Shown: piece by piece, positions 12,790-25,000 of the stretch
Layout of the letters: the number at the start of each line of letters is the position of its first letter
Position numbering within the stretch: the stretch's first letter is position 1
Assembly (NCBI RefSeq): GCF_037042905.1
Contig: NC_087245.1
Span: forward strand, 18,354,001 to 18,418,000
DNA from: Lytechinus pictus
Lineage: Eukaryota
Direction of reading: 5' to 3'
Length of the DNA: 64,000 nucleotides
Made by a program: the position numbers and the translations under genes
Notes under the pieces: model-generated
The model's input: only the letters and a program-made list of their open reading frames with translations
Told to the model about the DNA's origin: nothing
Database searches by the model: none

Positions 12790-14860
12790 CACAACAAATA
12801 AAGTAAGTCCCCCCTAAATCAAATTGCTGTAACTTTTGAACGGAATTATTTTGAGATAGGATATGTCGTAGGTGATTTTCTACACTCATTAAGCAACTCC
12901 TGAGGAAAAATGAGATTAATCGGTTGAGTCATGCATGAGTAATTAAAGATTGAATTAAAAATGACCATTTTTGAGAGTCACAAGAGTCGTTTTTCAAATT
13001 GTGCAAATACAAAGTTGGGCAAAAGTTGTCTTTAGGTGTATTTTATGGTGTTATGCTGTTTTACTATCCATCATTTAGCCACTCCTCACACAGTTTTGAT
13101 ATCGTATGTTCACGGTTGAGTGAGCACAAGGTATTGCAGGGGCCACGGAAGCGGGGGGGGGGGGCTTCAGCCCCCCACTTTTTTTCCAAAAGCATGTACA
13201 AAAAATGTAAAAATGACCATACGATTGTGTTTTTTTACATGGTCAGCCCCCCCCCCCCCCACTTTGAAAACCGTTCCGCGGCCCCTGTATTGTGACGTAT
13301 CATCATAGGGGTTTATGGTAGTATCCTCTACAACTTGTTAGATCATGTTAAAATTTGAAAATGTTGGTGGCTCCGCCGATTATAGGCCCCTCCCCCATTT
13401 TAAAATTCTGGATCCACCACTGATTTGTCCATAAATTAAACTAATCATGAGAAATGGTTAGGAAAAGAATACATTTATGCAGTATAAAAAGTATTCATTC
13501 CTAAGTTTTCGAATATGCTCGCTCAACCATGAAAATGTTTAAAGTTCGGAAAGTGTGTGGTGATAGTAATGATGGATGATAAAAACAGCAGCAATTAAAG
13601 TCACATTTGAAACCGAATTTGCCCCCAATATTCACTTTATTACCCTTTAAAATGAGTCTGTGACATTGAAAATACCAGTTTTCCCACTTTCATGCGTGCT
13701 CACTCATCCATAAATAAACAAATCTATTCCATTTTTGGACAGAATTCTGCCCATAGGTTGATAAACATTACTGCCAAATTACATTGCTAAAGACAGCCTT
13801 GAAAAAAAGTTCCACCATATTGAATAAGGGGTTAGTTATTCTTAAACATATGCACCCATAATGTACACAAGTCTATCAGAGAGGAAGTCTAAATGTTAAC
13901 AAATATGAAATGAGGGTTTGTTTCATGGACGGTTTTTGTTACTTTTGCCAACAGTTATTTCATGAAACTTCGCATATGGCTTCAGAGTAACACTATCCAA
14001 AAGGCGCGCACACCAAAATAACCATTCGATACGGCACAGAGTGGGGCCAAGGCCTTGAACTTTCTTCTCATTTGCATAATTTTCGAATATTGTGTGCTCA
14101 CTGATGCATTAAACATCGGGATTTTCATAAAAATCAAATCAAGTGAACTATGCAAGGAGGTTTGTGACAGATATCCATAGTTACAAATTGCATTTTTTCC
14201 AATAACGTAAAAAAGAGCTAATCACATTCCACATGTTCATTCAAGCGTGAATGTTTAATTAAACGCCTTTGAATCGTTGAAGCATGTTAATTGGTCATTA
14301 ACATAACAAAAAAGTTGAGAAAATATCATTTTCAGTTACCAAAATGAAACAATACTTGCCTATGATATTTGAAAATCGTATTTTTTGTTTTCAATAAATG
14401 TTCATTGAACCGTGAAACGATGAATATTGTTGAAGATACTCTTCCCAAAAATAACTGTCATCATATTCTATCATTTTTATTGATAGAAATGTGTAAAAAA
14501 TCCAATTAGAGCAAATTTGGACTTGTGTTTATTCAACCGTGAAATTTAGCCAAAAAAGTTGTATCGTCTTTTAGAAAGTACATTTTACAAGCCTTCTGAC
14601 TATCTGTCATGAGAATGTGGAAATAGTACCAATAAAATGGAATCAAAGTCATGATATTTGGCTTGTGACTTTTGAAAAGTGACAGTTTTGCCTTCTGACG
14701 GTGCTCACTGACGCATGACGTAAAATACGTCCATAACATTTACTCAGAGGGTAGCTTATAAAATTATCTATACACGCTCATGTAAAAATATATTAAAAAC
14801 TCGCATTGGTTCGGAAATTATTGATGTTTGTTTAAGGGGGGACTTACTTTTTTTGTTGTG
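12790..14860. mobile_element. Non-autonomous TA-TSD (Tc1/mariner-type) element nested in the Kolobok MITE
   Basis: TA|CACAACAAATAAAGTAAGTCCCCCC...GGGGGGACTTACTTTTTTTGTTGTG|TA. Confidence 0.85.
13137..13287. mobile_element. Small CAGGGG-terminated MITE with G/C tracts
   Basis: TIR CAGGGGCC(A/G)CGGAA; TATTG on both sides; inverted copy at 34394-34564. Confidence 0.75.
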
Positions 14861-17199
14861 TATATTTTCTCCTCATTGTCAAGTGAAACAACGATTAATT
14901 CCTCCATGAACATGTGGAATGAGTATTGTTTAATACTATATGATTCAGTCAAGTTGGTCCGTATTGTCAAATCAATAAGAAATTAAATATTGTATAATTC
15001 AAACAATGAACAAACAAAAAAAATAGTGAGTGAGGGACATCATCATCTCATTTGAGTTGTGCATATCACTGTTACCTGAAAAATAAGCAAAACTTTAAAA
15101 TGTCAATTTTCTTATTCTATATCCAATTTTGATGAATTTTTCAGCGTTTTGCTAGTTTGATTTTTCTCTATTTATTCAAATCAACATTTTTCTGGGGTAA
15201 ACTTGACCTCTAAAGATGGAACAAAAATAACTGACAGTCATGCCATCGTTGGTCAAAGAATTTAATTCTTTTTTTTTACCTGTATTGCTTGTAATATTCT
15301 AAGAGATAATGCTGTACTGTCAACTGAACATTTTTCTTCTTTCCTTTCAGAACAATGCCACAACTCCATTTTTTTTACCCTAAAAACGATACTGAAATTA
15401 TTGAAGTTGTAAAACATTTAAAAGCAAGTAAAACTTCAGAGTTCGATAGCATTAATCAGTCTGTAATTAAACATATCATACATTACATTACAAAGCCTCT
15501 TGTACATATAATAAATCTTTCATTTTCTACTGGTAAATTTCCCAAAGACATGAAAATTGGCAAGATTATTCCGATCTTCAAAAAAAGGAGACCCTCACAC
15601 ATTTTCTTATTACAGGCCAATAACATTACTCTCTTGTTTTTCCAAGATTTTAGAAAATTTAATGTATATTAGACTTGTAAGTCATATTAATAAAAACAAC
15701 CTTTTGAACGATTCCCAATACGGTTTCAGATTAAATTCATCTTGTGATATGGCACTTATTGACCTCCACGATCACCTACTTAATAATATGGATAAAAACT
15801 TACATTCATTTGGTATATTTCTTGATCTTAGTAAGGCGTTTGATGTAATTAATAATAATATTTTACTTTCTAAACTTTATCATTTTGGTATTGCGGTGTT
15901 GCGTTTAAGTGGTTTAAGGATTATTTATCTGATCGTTTCAATTATACTGTATATAATAGTGCTGTATCTCGTAGTAAGAGGGTCCAGTGTGGAGTGACCC
16001 AGGGCTCCACACTGGGCCCTCTCTTGTTTTTTTTAAAATATATATTAATGATTTGTGCAATGTTACTAATTTGTTTTCATTTGGTCCTCTTTGCAGATGA
16101 CACAAACTTAATTGCTTCCAATTTTGATTTTGATATACTTGTGAAAAATAAAAAAGAAGAATTAATTAAGATTACGAATTGGTTCCAAGCCAATGAATTA
16201 GTAATGAATTATAATAAGTAAACCTTTATGTATTTTAGTAAAGATCATATTAAACATTGTATTTCAGATGTTAATATATTCATGAATGGAATCCCTTTGA
16301 CTACTTCAAAAACTACTAACTTTCTTGGAATTACGTTAGATGATTCATTATCCTATAACAACCATCGTTCTATTATATCCAATAAAATTTCAAAAAAACG
16401 TTTGTATTCTTTTTAAACTAAGTAGATTTCTGCCACAGAAAGAGTTGTTTATTTATAATAGTCTTACCTTAACTTATCTCCAATATTGCAATATGGTTTG
16501 GGCACATACTTGAACAACACAATTGGAACCCTTTCATAAATTGCAAAAGAAAATTCTAAGAATATGTACGAATTCACCTTTTAGATTTCATTCACGACCT
16601 TAATTTTTCCGTCTTAAAACTTTAAATATATATGACATTCATAAATTTCAGATTGCATCTGTGATGTTCCGAACAGTTAGCAACATAATCCCTTCTAACA
16701 TCTTCCAAATGTTTCTCATTAAACGTTCAATTCATTCTCATAATACTTGGTCAAGTAATAAATTTCATTATCCCCAATTTAAAACCCAAATTCTACTTAA
16801 TTCATTAAGGCATCATGGCCCTCGTATATGGAATAATCTTTCTTATAATATCAAGTGTTCAACTACATTAACTTAATTTAAAGCCAAGTTAAAAAACGTG
16901 TATATAAGTGAATATTCAAAATATTTTTTTTTCTGCCTAATTCTACACTTACCCCGATTGTCCCCATCCCCCTTGTATGTATGCTGGTGATTGCTGATGC
17001 TGTGTGTATATTTTTAATTTGATTTCCATATGTATTTTTTCTTGTTTTACTGAGAGCTACAACTCACAAGTTCTTATGAACTTTTCAGTAGTTTTCCTTT
17101 TTTCTCTTTTACATGTAATTTTCATTCTTGTACATATTCTAGATTGTTTTTTTTATATTGGTGAGAAATAAAATAATTGAACTTGAACTTTGCTTAGGA

Positions 17200-18396
17200 C
17201 CCATGTGTTTATCATTCCTGGTGCTCGCATTGTCTGTTTAATGAGATATATAATCCTGTTGTAAAACATCCCGATTTCAAGTCAATATACGCCAAATTTA
17301 TTTCTTCTCACTTCCAGTTATTTGTAGTGACATATGCTTCTTTTTCATGACTATTAAAAGTGATTGCACCCTTTTAAGGAGTTAATATTAAACATTTCCA
17401 GTCCGTACTTACGTTTGGATTCGTAGATTGGTGAGATATGTCTGCTCTTTATGAATTCGTGAAACAGTCCCTTTTTCTGGTCTGAATATCAAAAAATTTC
17501 AGCTCGCGCTTCGCGCTCGCATCATTTGGTTCAGTGAAATACGTATGGTCTTAGTGAATTCTTACAAACAAGCCTTAGAATGCCCCTCTTCATGTCTAAA
17601 TTTCAAAAATTTTCAGCTCTTGCTTCACGCTCGCAATATTTGATTAGTGAGATACTCATGTTCATGATTACAATTTCTACAAAAAATGCTTTGTGTGTTA
17701 AGGTGTTAACGCTCGCAAAATCTTCACTATGGTGAGATATGTATGCACTGTTAAAAAACCCCGATTTTACAGAAAAAAACAAGATTTTGCAGAAAGCAAT
17801 AAAAGAATCATTCTGTAAATTCATAAAACAGGAAGTTTTCTGCAATTTAACAGAACAGGACTGTTTAAAAAGGTGAAAAGGGTGTTTTATTCAAGGAAAT
17901 ATGTATAAGGCTCCATACACCAAATACCAATTTCCTGTAATTTTACATGATATAATGTAAGATTACGCAATCTGGTAAGATTACAGGTGTTCTCGAGACT
18001 CTGCTGCAGGGACTTCTTTTATTTTAAAGATAAATTTTCTAACAGTATGCTCTTCATGAATTCCTTGAAAACGTCCTTAAAATATTCCTGTTTTGGGTCA
18101 ATATATCAAAAAATTCAGCTCGCGCTGCGCGCTTGCATCGTTTGTTTAGTGAGACAGGTATGTATCATGATTACAAAATGAATTCGCTAATGATAACCGT
18201 TTTCAGGACTGAATATGAAAAAGATTTATCTCGCACTTTGCGCTCGCATCATTTGATCAGTGAGATTTGATTGAGTTTAATGGCACAGTCCTTAAAATGT
18301 CTCTATTAGGTCAGTATACCTTGGAATTTAGCGCGCTTCGCGCGCCCATGCACTATGTGACTCAACATTTTTGCTGTGACCCACGGTACGCCACTG
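17200..18396. repeat. Second copy of the GCGAAGC-motif interspersed repeat
   Basis: Co-linear with 1-565 plus 2213-2280; ends CACGGTACGCCACTG. Confidence 0.75.
17746..18047. mobile_element. CACTG-terminated MITE (EnSpm/CACTA-like, 2-bp TSD)
   Basis: TG|CACTGTTAAAAA...TTTTCTAACAGTA|TG. Confidence 0.6.
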
Positions 18397-18739
18397 ATGA
18401 TGATGATGATTGCGTTACCTAAAATTAAAACTGTTGTCATGATTCGATTCCTCGTCAGAGGAACTCTTAGAACCCTTCTGATTTAAGAGTAGTAGCATAT
18501 TGTATACACGCTAATTAAACATGTTAAATGTTTATACTAATTACGCTAATTAAAATAATCGCTCAAGGTTGGCAAGGTGACAACCAAGCTGAAATCACTT
18601 CAGTGCCTATCTAGAACACAATTCACAAAAAAAACCTTGTTCTTAACAAATTTTCCAGGAATGAAAAAAAAAATTATTTTGGACTAAGTTGTATTATTCG
18701 TATAAGGTGTGGTACTGAATCATCGAGTAAACGTAATGT

Positions 18740-21010
18740 AAGATATAAAAATACGCTTATGTACTGCAAAGTCATATTATCGCATCCAATTTCAAGCAAC
18801 TAAAACCATGAAAACGATATCAAGGGAACTTGGAAAGTGATTTTAAAAAATCAAAGAAAAGTTTCATCTAAAGAGTATTGAAACTAACGGTCGTTTGGTG
18901 AAAGAAAAGAATATTGTAGTAGACGATTTCAATGATTACTTTTGCAGTATTGGCCCAAACCTTTCACGGACAGTGCCACCTCAGCAGTCCTACAGAGACT
19001 TTCTGAAAGAACAGAATGGCAATAGCTTATTTTGCTTACTTATAGTTCGGGAAGAATTGCTTACCATTGTGAATTCTCGGGAAAAGTCCTGGTTATGATG
19101 AAGTCGCTACCAACTTAATGCAAAAAAATTATCTTGGGGGATTTATTCAACCCTTAAATCATGTTAATCTATTTATGTCACGTGGGAAATTCCTGCTGAC
19201 ATGAAATTGCTAAGGTCGTACTATCTTTAAGAAAAAAGACACCAGTGCTTTACGAATTACAGACCCATTTCTCTATTGACTGATCAATGTTAGAACAGTG
19301 ACATTTTTCAACAACTGTAATGTATTTTCTTAATTTCAGTTTGGCTTTCGCGAGAAACATACCACCACCAATGCCTTGTTACATTTATTGATAAATTATC
19401 ACAATTTCTAGACAAAAAGATGCACACAATCGGCATATTTATTGATTATTCTAAAGCTTTTGACACAGAAGATCACGATGTTTGGATTGGCAAGTTATCA
19501 CATTATGGTATCAGGAGTACATCATTGGACTTGTTCAAGAGGTACTTAGCTGACAAGAACAATTTGTCTCGATAACGGGGGTTGAGCCAGGTTTACAGAA
19601 TGTCACATGTGGTGTTCCCCAGGCATCTCTCCTTGGTCCGTTATTATTTCTTGTGTATATTAATGATTTTCATTACTCCTAAGATACGTTATCGTTCATT
19701 TTATTTGCTGATGATTCAATTTTGTATTTTTTTCGCACATAAATCCTCAGACCCTTTTAAAAGCTGTATAGTGAACTGAGGAAAGTCATCTGATTCAAGC
19801 CAATGAGTTACCTTTAAATCTGCAGAAATGAAAGAATATGCTGTTTAGCAGTTTAATTCAAAAAGTTCCAGATGGTGTTACATTTGATGATAATGTTTAA
19901 TATATAAAGACGACAAAGTTTCTGGGGTTGCACAAAGATGAAAAACTGACTTGGAAAACCCATATAAATCATCTTTATAAGACATTATGAAAGATAGTGG
20001 CGCAATATACAAATTGTAATGTCTTTTCTCTAATCCTATTCTTTGTATGATGTATTCAACAGTAATTCTCCCGTATCTTTATTACGGTGTTCATGCATTG
20101 GGTAATTATCTTAAAACTAACCTTGAAATGGTGTCTTTAGTTTAAAAAAGGAGTTTGAATAATTTGTTTGTAATGTTGACTACCCCACTTTTTATAAGCA
20201 TAGAATTTTGAAATTGCAAAATATCTATGATTTTTACAACTTGGTGTTCCAATGTATGCATGCAATCCTGGCATCATGCCACCAGTCCTGCTTAGTGCTT
20301 ACAATGTTCATGAAAAACAGTGATGTACACAATCATTGTACACGGAATGCTTCTGCATTTAACTTACACAAATTACGTACAAGCTTTGCTTTAATACAGT
20401 TGTGAGTACTGAACCTAGGTTCTAGATCTCTCCCCGTTCAAACATGAAGAAATCAGTAAGCATTTATACTTTTCAGCGTGTACTTAAAGGTTCCCTTCTT
20501 GTTATATGTGAGTTGCTCTACATTAAAAATTGCAATATATACACTAGCGTAAATCTGTGACGTTACACTATTAAAATGGGGGGGGGGGTGACACAATAGA
20601 TCATCACTGTAGAATGTTATGATATATTCTGTTCACCAATAAACTGGTATCTTGTCTAACTGGATATTTCGCAGAGAGTCAGCCAATATTTTTCCTTTTT
20701 GTATTCTTACCTTTGTCACATCTTATTATCATTACTATTATTGATTCTTATCCTTCGTCCTTTCTTTGATGTCATGTAATCTAAACTTACCCCATTATAT
20801 ATCACTTAATTATATTGTTGTTTGTTTATTACTCTTTAATTATTATTTGTACATTTGATAATTGTACATTCAAGCAATGTATTATTATTGTTGTTTTGAG
20901 TCTTATAGTTGTTTTTAATTCTATTTTATATATTCAGTCATTTAATTCGCACAAATGAGACCGTAACCTTACAAACCCTGCTTTTTGCGGGGTTCACCTT
21001 CTTTTTCCCA
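18740..21010 (+). mobile_element. Highly degenerate 5'-truncated CR1/L2-group LINE
   Basis: Remnants of FNDYFCSIGP, NYRPISLL, QFGFRE, DYSKAFD, GVPQ..LGPLLF and FADD. Confidence 0.8.
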
Positions 21011-21039
21011 ATACTAGTACTTTCCTTATTTGCTATGTG

Positions 21040-21458
21040 TTTTTTATACACCCGTATTATGGTATCACGCTTGGTGCCCGTCCGTCTGTCTTTCCGTCCG
21101 TCCGTTAACTGTTCCTTGTAAACATGATACCTTCAGTTTGTCTTAACCTACGCTCATATAATTTGGTGTGTATGATACTAGCGTGAACTCCAGGAAGTAT
21201 ATTGATTTTTAGGTCAAAAGGTCAAAGGCCAAGGTCACAGTGACACGTTTTCATATTACCCTTCTGCAGTCCTTGTATAAACGCAATAACTTCAGTTTGA
21301 CTTAACCTAGGCTCATATTTGGTGTGTATGATACCAGCATGAATCCCAGAAAGTCTATTGATTTTGAGATCAAAAGTTCAAAGGTCAAGGTCACAGTAGC
21401 ATGTTTTCATCTTACCATTCTGCAGTCCTTATAAACGCGATAACTTCAGTTTAACTTA
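21040..21458 (+). mobile_element. Helentron-associated (HINE/DINE-1/Tsp-like) element, partial
   Basis: TTTTATACACCCG start, (GTCC)n microsatellite, then ~157-bp tandem units rich in AGGTCA. Confidence 0.65.
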
Positions 21459-22029
21459 AAGTAGAAATAAGAAGATCACAAAAACTGAGATTTTCACATC
21501 AATAGAAGATTTCAACTCCTATAATAGTATCGAGCTCCATCCAAGTAACAAAACGAAAAGACAAACAAATTTAACCAACGAAACGCCACCTAAATCTGAG
21601 AGCTGGAAACGCACTTTCACTCACGGAGAAAGGGCCCGTTCATGATTGTGACGTCAACAGTAGGGGCTATATTTTGCCCTGGAAGCGTGCCAAAAGCGTG
21701 GTTATTTCTAAGATTTTTACTTTATTCAGAGAAAGAATAACGAAGCAATATCATGTAGTGGATATCATGTAGTGGATATTTCTTTGTATTTCATCACAAA
21801 GATTATTAACAATTAGCTGAGCTGAGGGAATAAAAAGGAAAGAAGGTTTAGATCTAGATAAACAAATGGCTGAACTGATGACTGAATTGCGATCATTTTG
21901 TTCTTTTCATCGTGCATGACTGCCCACAAATATCATAAGACAGGCTTCATAATCTGATTATTGTGAAATAATCCTTATCATACTACAACCAGTTGGTGTA
22001 GAGTCCGTCTTTTTTACTTTCTGGCTCTT

Positions 22030-25000
22030 CTGACTCAATACTGTCACTCCTTCTCGAGTCAGTTCTTCTGCTGGGGGCCAAAGAAGGAGCGTTCACGTCG
22101 CGGTCCCTGTCAGGAATTCATCCTTCTACCACACTACACAATTTCTACTACTATTAGAGAGTTACAGCTCTACCAAGTCATCATGGCTACCGATGACCAA
22201 TCTGTTGATGAGCACCAGCGTCATAAACACGGGTCCTTGTCAGGATCGGCCCTGAGTATCGTCTCATCTAACATTGAAGGTCTCACAGGCACTAAGCAAG
22301 ATCTTCTGGCTGACCTGTGTGTGAAAAACAATTGTGACAACCTTTGTAGGCAGGAGACACATCGTGGGCCAACAGGTTTTCATCCACGCATCACCGGTAT
22401 GGCCCTCATCGCGGAAATACCCCATGATCAGTATGGCAGTGCGATATTTGTACGCAACGGGCTGATTGTGGACAAATCTTCTGCTTCAGATTCAGACAAC
22501 ATTGAAGTTATAACCATTGAGCTTATGGAAATTTCTGTAAGTTCTGTCTATAAACCGCCTAACCAGAAATTCTCCCTAACTCAAGAAGCCACCTCTGGCC
22601 AAGTAAATGTGACTATTTCAACAGTCACAGCATGGTCTGGGGGTACGGAGAAACCAACGAAGATGGAGAACTTGTAGAGAACTGGTCAGATGCAAATCGG
22701 ATGTCGCTCATTCATGATGCGAAACTTCCCTCCTCCTCCAACAGCTGCAGATGAAGACGCGGTTACAACCCTGATTTGTATCAAACTGCATCGCCCAACA
22801 ATGTGAGAAGGTTGTGCTTGACCCTACCCCACATACTCAACATCGACCAATTGGGCTAAATGTGAATGCAGCTATCACCCCTCGCACAGTTCCCATCCGG
22901 AGACGTTTCAACCTTTTATACAATAAAGTTTTTGTAACAAGATCATATACATGTAAATCCACTCGTAAAAAAATTAAAAAGCCATGGATTTCTCTGATCT
23001 TTATAAGAAAATAAAAGATAAGAATAGAATTTATAAATCATATATATTAAACCCTTGTGAAAGCAACAGGAAAAAGTATGTTAAAGCAAGAAACCATATA
23101 AATAGGTTATTAATGTATGCTCGTAAAGAATATTACAAAACTTAGTTTTTGCAATGAAGGGAAATATGAAACAAACTTGGCAGCTCATCAATGATATATT
23201 ACATAAAACAAAAAATAAATTACCGAATTATATCAATGCTGATGGGAGGCGAATCACAGATTTTAAAGAGATAGCTGATTTTTTTTATAATTATTTTGTC
23301 AACATTGGTTTATCTTTAAACAATTCAATATCTCTGACTTCAAACATCTCTGATAATTTTACCATATTCTTGCCCATGCAAAATTCAAATTCTCTTTATT
23401 TCAAATCTGTTTCTGAGAACGACATCACTGATGTGTTAAAAAGCTTAACTGTACAAATAGTTGTGGCATTGATAATTTTAATCCTCGAGTTATAAAGAAT
23501 GTTGTATATTGTAGTCAAACCATAATGTTTTATCTTTAATTTGTCTATTTTGACTGGTATTGTACCTTTCAAATTGAAGATTGCAAAAGTTATACCTGTT
23601 CATAAGAAAAGTGATGTTCATGATATTTTTAATTATCGACCAATTTCCATACTTCCTTATTTTTCAAAAATTTCGGAAAGGCTATCGACTCAATGATATT
23701 TTATGTACAAATTAAATTTTAAATGAATGTCAATATTGTTTCCTAAAGAATGTATCAACCGAAGCGGCTGTCATTGATTTACACGAATATTTAATTAATG
23801 TTTTCAATAAAAAACTTTATTCTATTGGAGTATTCTTAGACTTAAGCAAAGCTTTCGACACCATTAACTTTTCAGTGCTTATATCAAAACTTAATAGTTA
23901 TGGAATAAGAGGATTACCTCTTCAGTGGTTTCAAAGTTATTTGTACAATATAATTCAGTATCTTTCTTTTAACAATATTTTGTCCAACCCATTAGAGATT
24001 TCATGCGGCATGCCCCAGTAATGACCTGCCTTTTTGTTCTGATAAATTGATATTCATTTTATTTACTGATGACACCAATATTTTATTTACTTCAAATGAC
24101 ATTACTTCTTTATATGACTTATTAAACATTGAATTATTGAATTATTGAAAGTTTCGAACTGGTTTAAATGTAATAAATTGGTAATAAATGCTGATAATTC
24201 TTACTTCATATACTTTTGTTCCCAATATCGACATTTATCAGGTGATATCCTCGATTCATTTCAATTGGAAATGTCAGGAAACTATATCAAACGTAATACC
24301 TCAACCAAATTCCTGGGTATTACTATTGACGAAAATCTTTATAAAAAAAAAACTCATATAGCTCAAATTAACAAAACAATATCTTGGTATGTTGGTGTCA
24401 TCGGCAAACTTCGCCATGTCTTGCCTTAATCCGTTTTTCTAATGTTATACAATACTCTTATTTTACCGCATCTCAGTTACTGCAATATTGTTTGGGCAAA
24501 TACTCATCCAACCAAACTCAAATGTTTATACCTCCTGCAAAAGAGGGTTGTCAGAATAATTACACTTTCTCATTATCAAGCCCATTCTAGCCCACTATTT
24601 AAACAACTCAATATATTATACTAGTTAAATGACTATATGTGTGCAATTCTCATATTTAAACATGTAAACACTCACCTTCCTAAATACATATTGGATATGT
24701 TTGTAAAGAACAGTTTAATTCATACTTATAAAACTAGAACAGGAATCAATAACACAGATGGAATGTGAATACAGAATTTGCTTTATATTCATGTAGGCAT
24801 CATGGTCCTAGAATCTGGAATTTACTCCCTACATGTATTACCTCAATTTCATTTTATAACAGATTTAAGCACAATGTAAAGCTATATTTGATCAAACGTG
24901 ACTCTCGTTGAATTTTAAATGATTTTTTTCTTCTTTCTACTCTCACCCCCCCCCCCCCTCCCCTCCCCTCTGCTTTTCATTCTCTCCTACCCTTTACATG

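Larger units (their letters stand above)
12548..15209. mobile_element. Kolobok-like MITE (itself interrupted) inserted in the LINE ORF2
   Basis: TTAA|AGGAAAAGTCCACCCC...GGGGTAAACTTGACCT|CTAA; removing it restores the LINE frame NYFIKDGTKITD; uninterrupted copy at 44928-45498. Confidence 0.85.
9880..17190 (+). mobile_element. Degenerate near-full-length CR1/L2-group (Crack-like) LINE, interrupted at 12548-15209
   Basis: ORF1 remnants (EQYSRRNCVRLFGV, DIDRSHRV, LHEDLT, AWSTNGRI); APE motifs (HFNSRSL, FSETW, GGGV, MGDFN, TDHLPI); RT motifs (YRPITLL, QYGFR, FLDLSKAFD, QGSTLGP, LFADD); tail AATAAA..TTGAACTTGAAC; many frameshifts. Confidence 0.9.

Noticed and set aside
22050..22185. 2A peptide or HDV-like ribozyme at the 5' end of the Vingi-like element
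   Set aside because: No DxExNPGP motif seen, and no convincing nested pseudoknot by eye.
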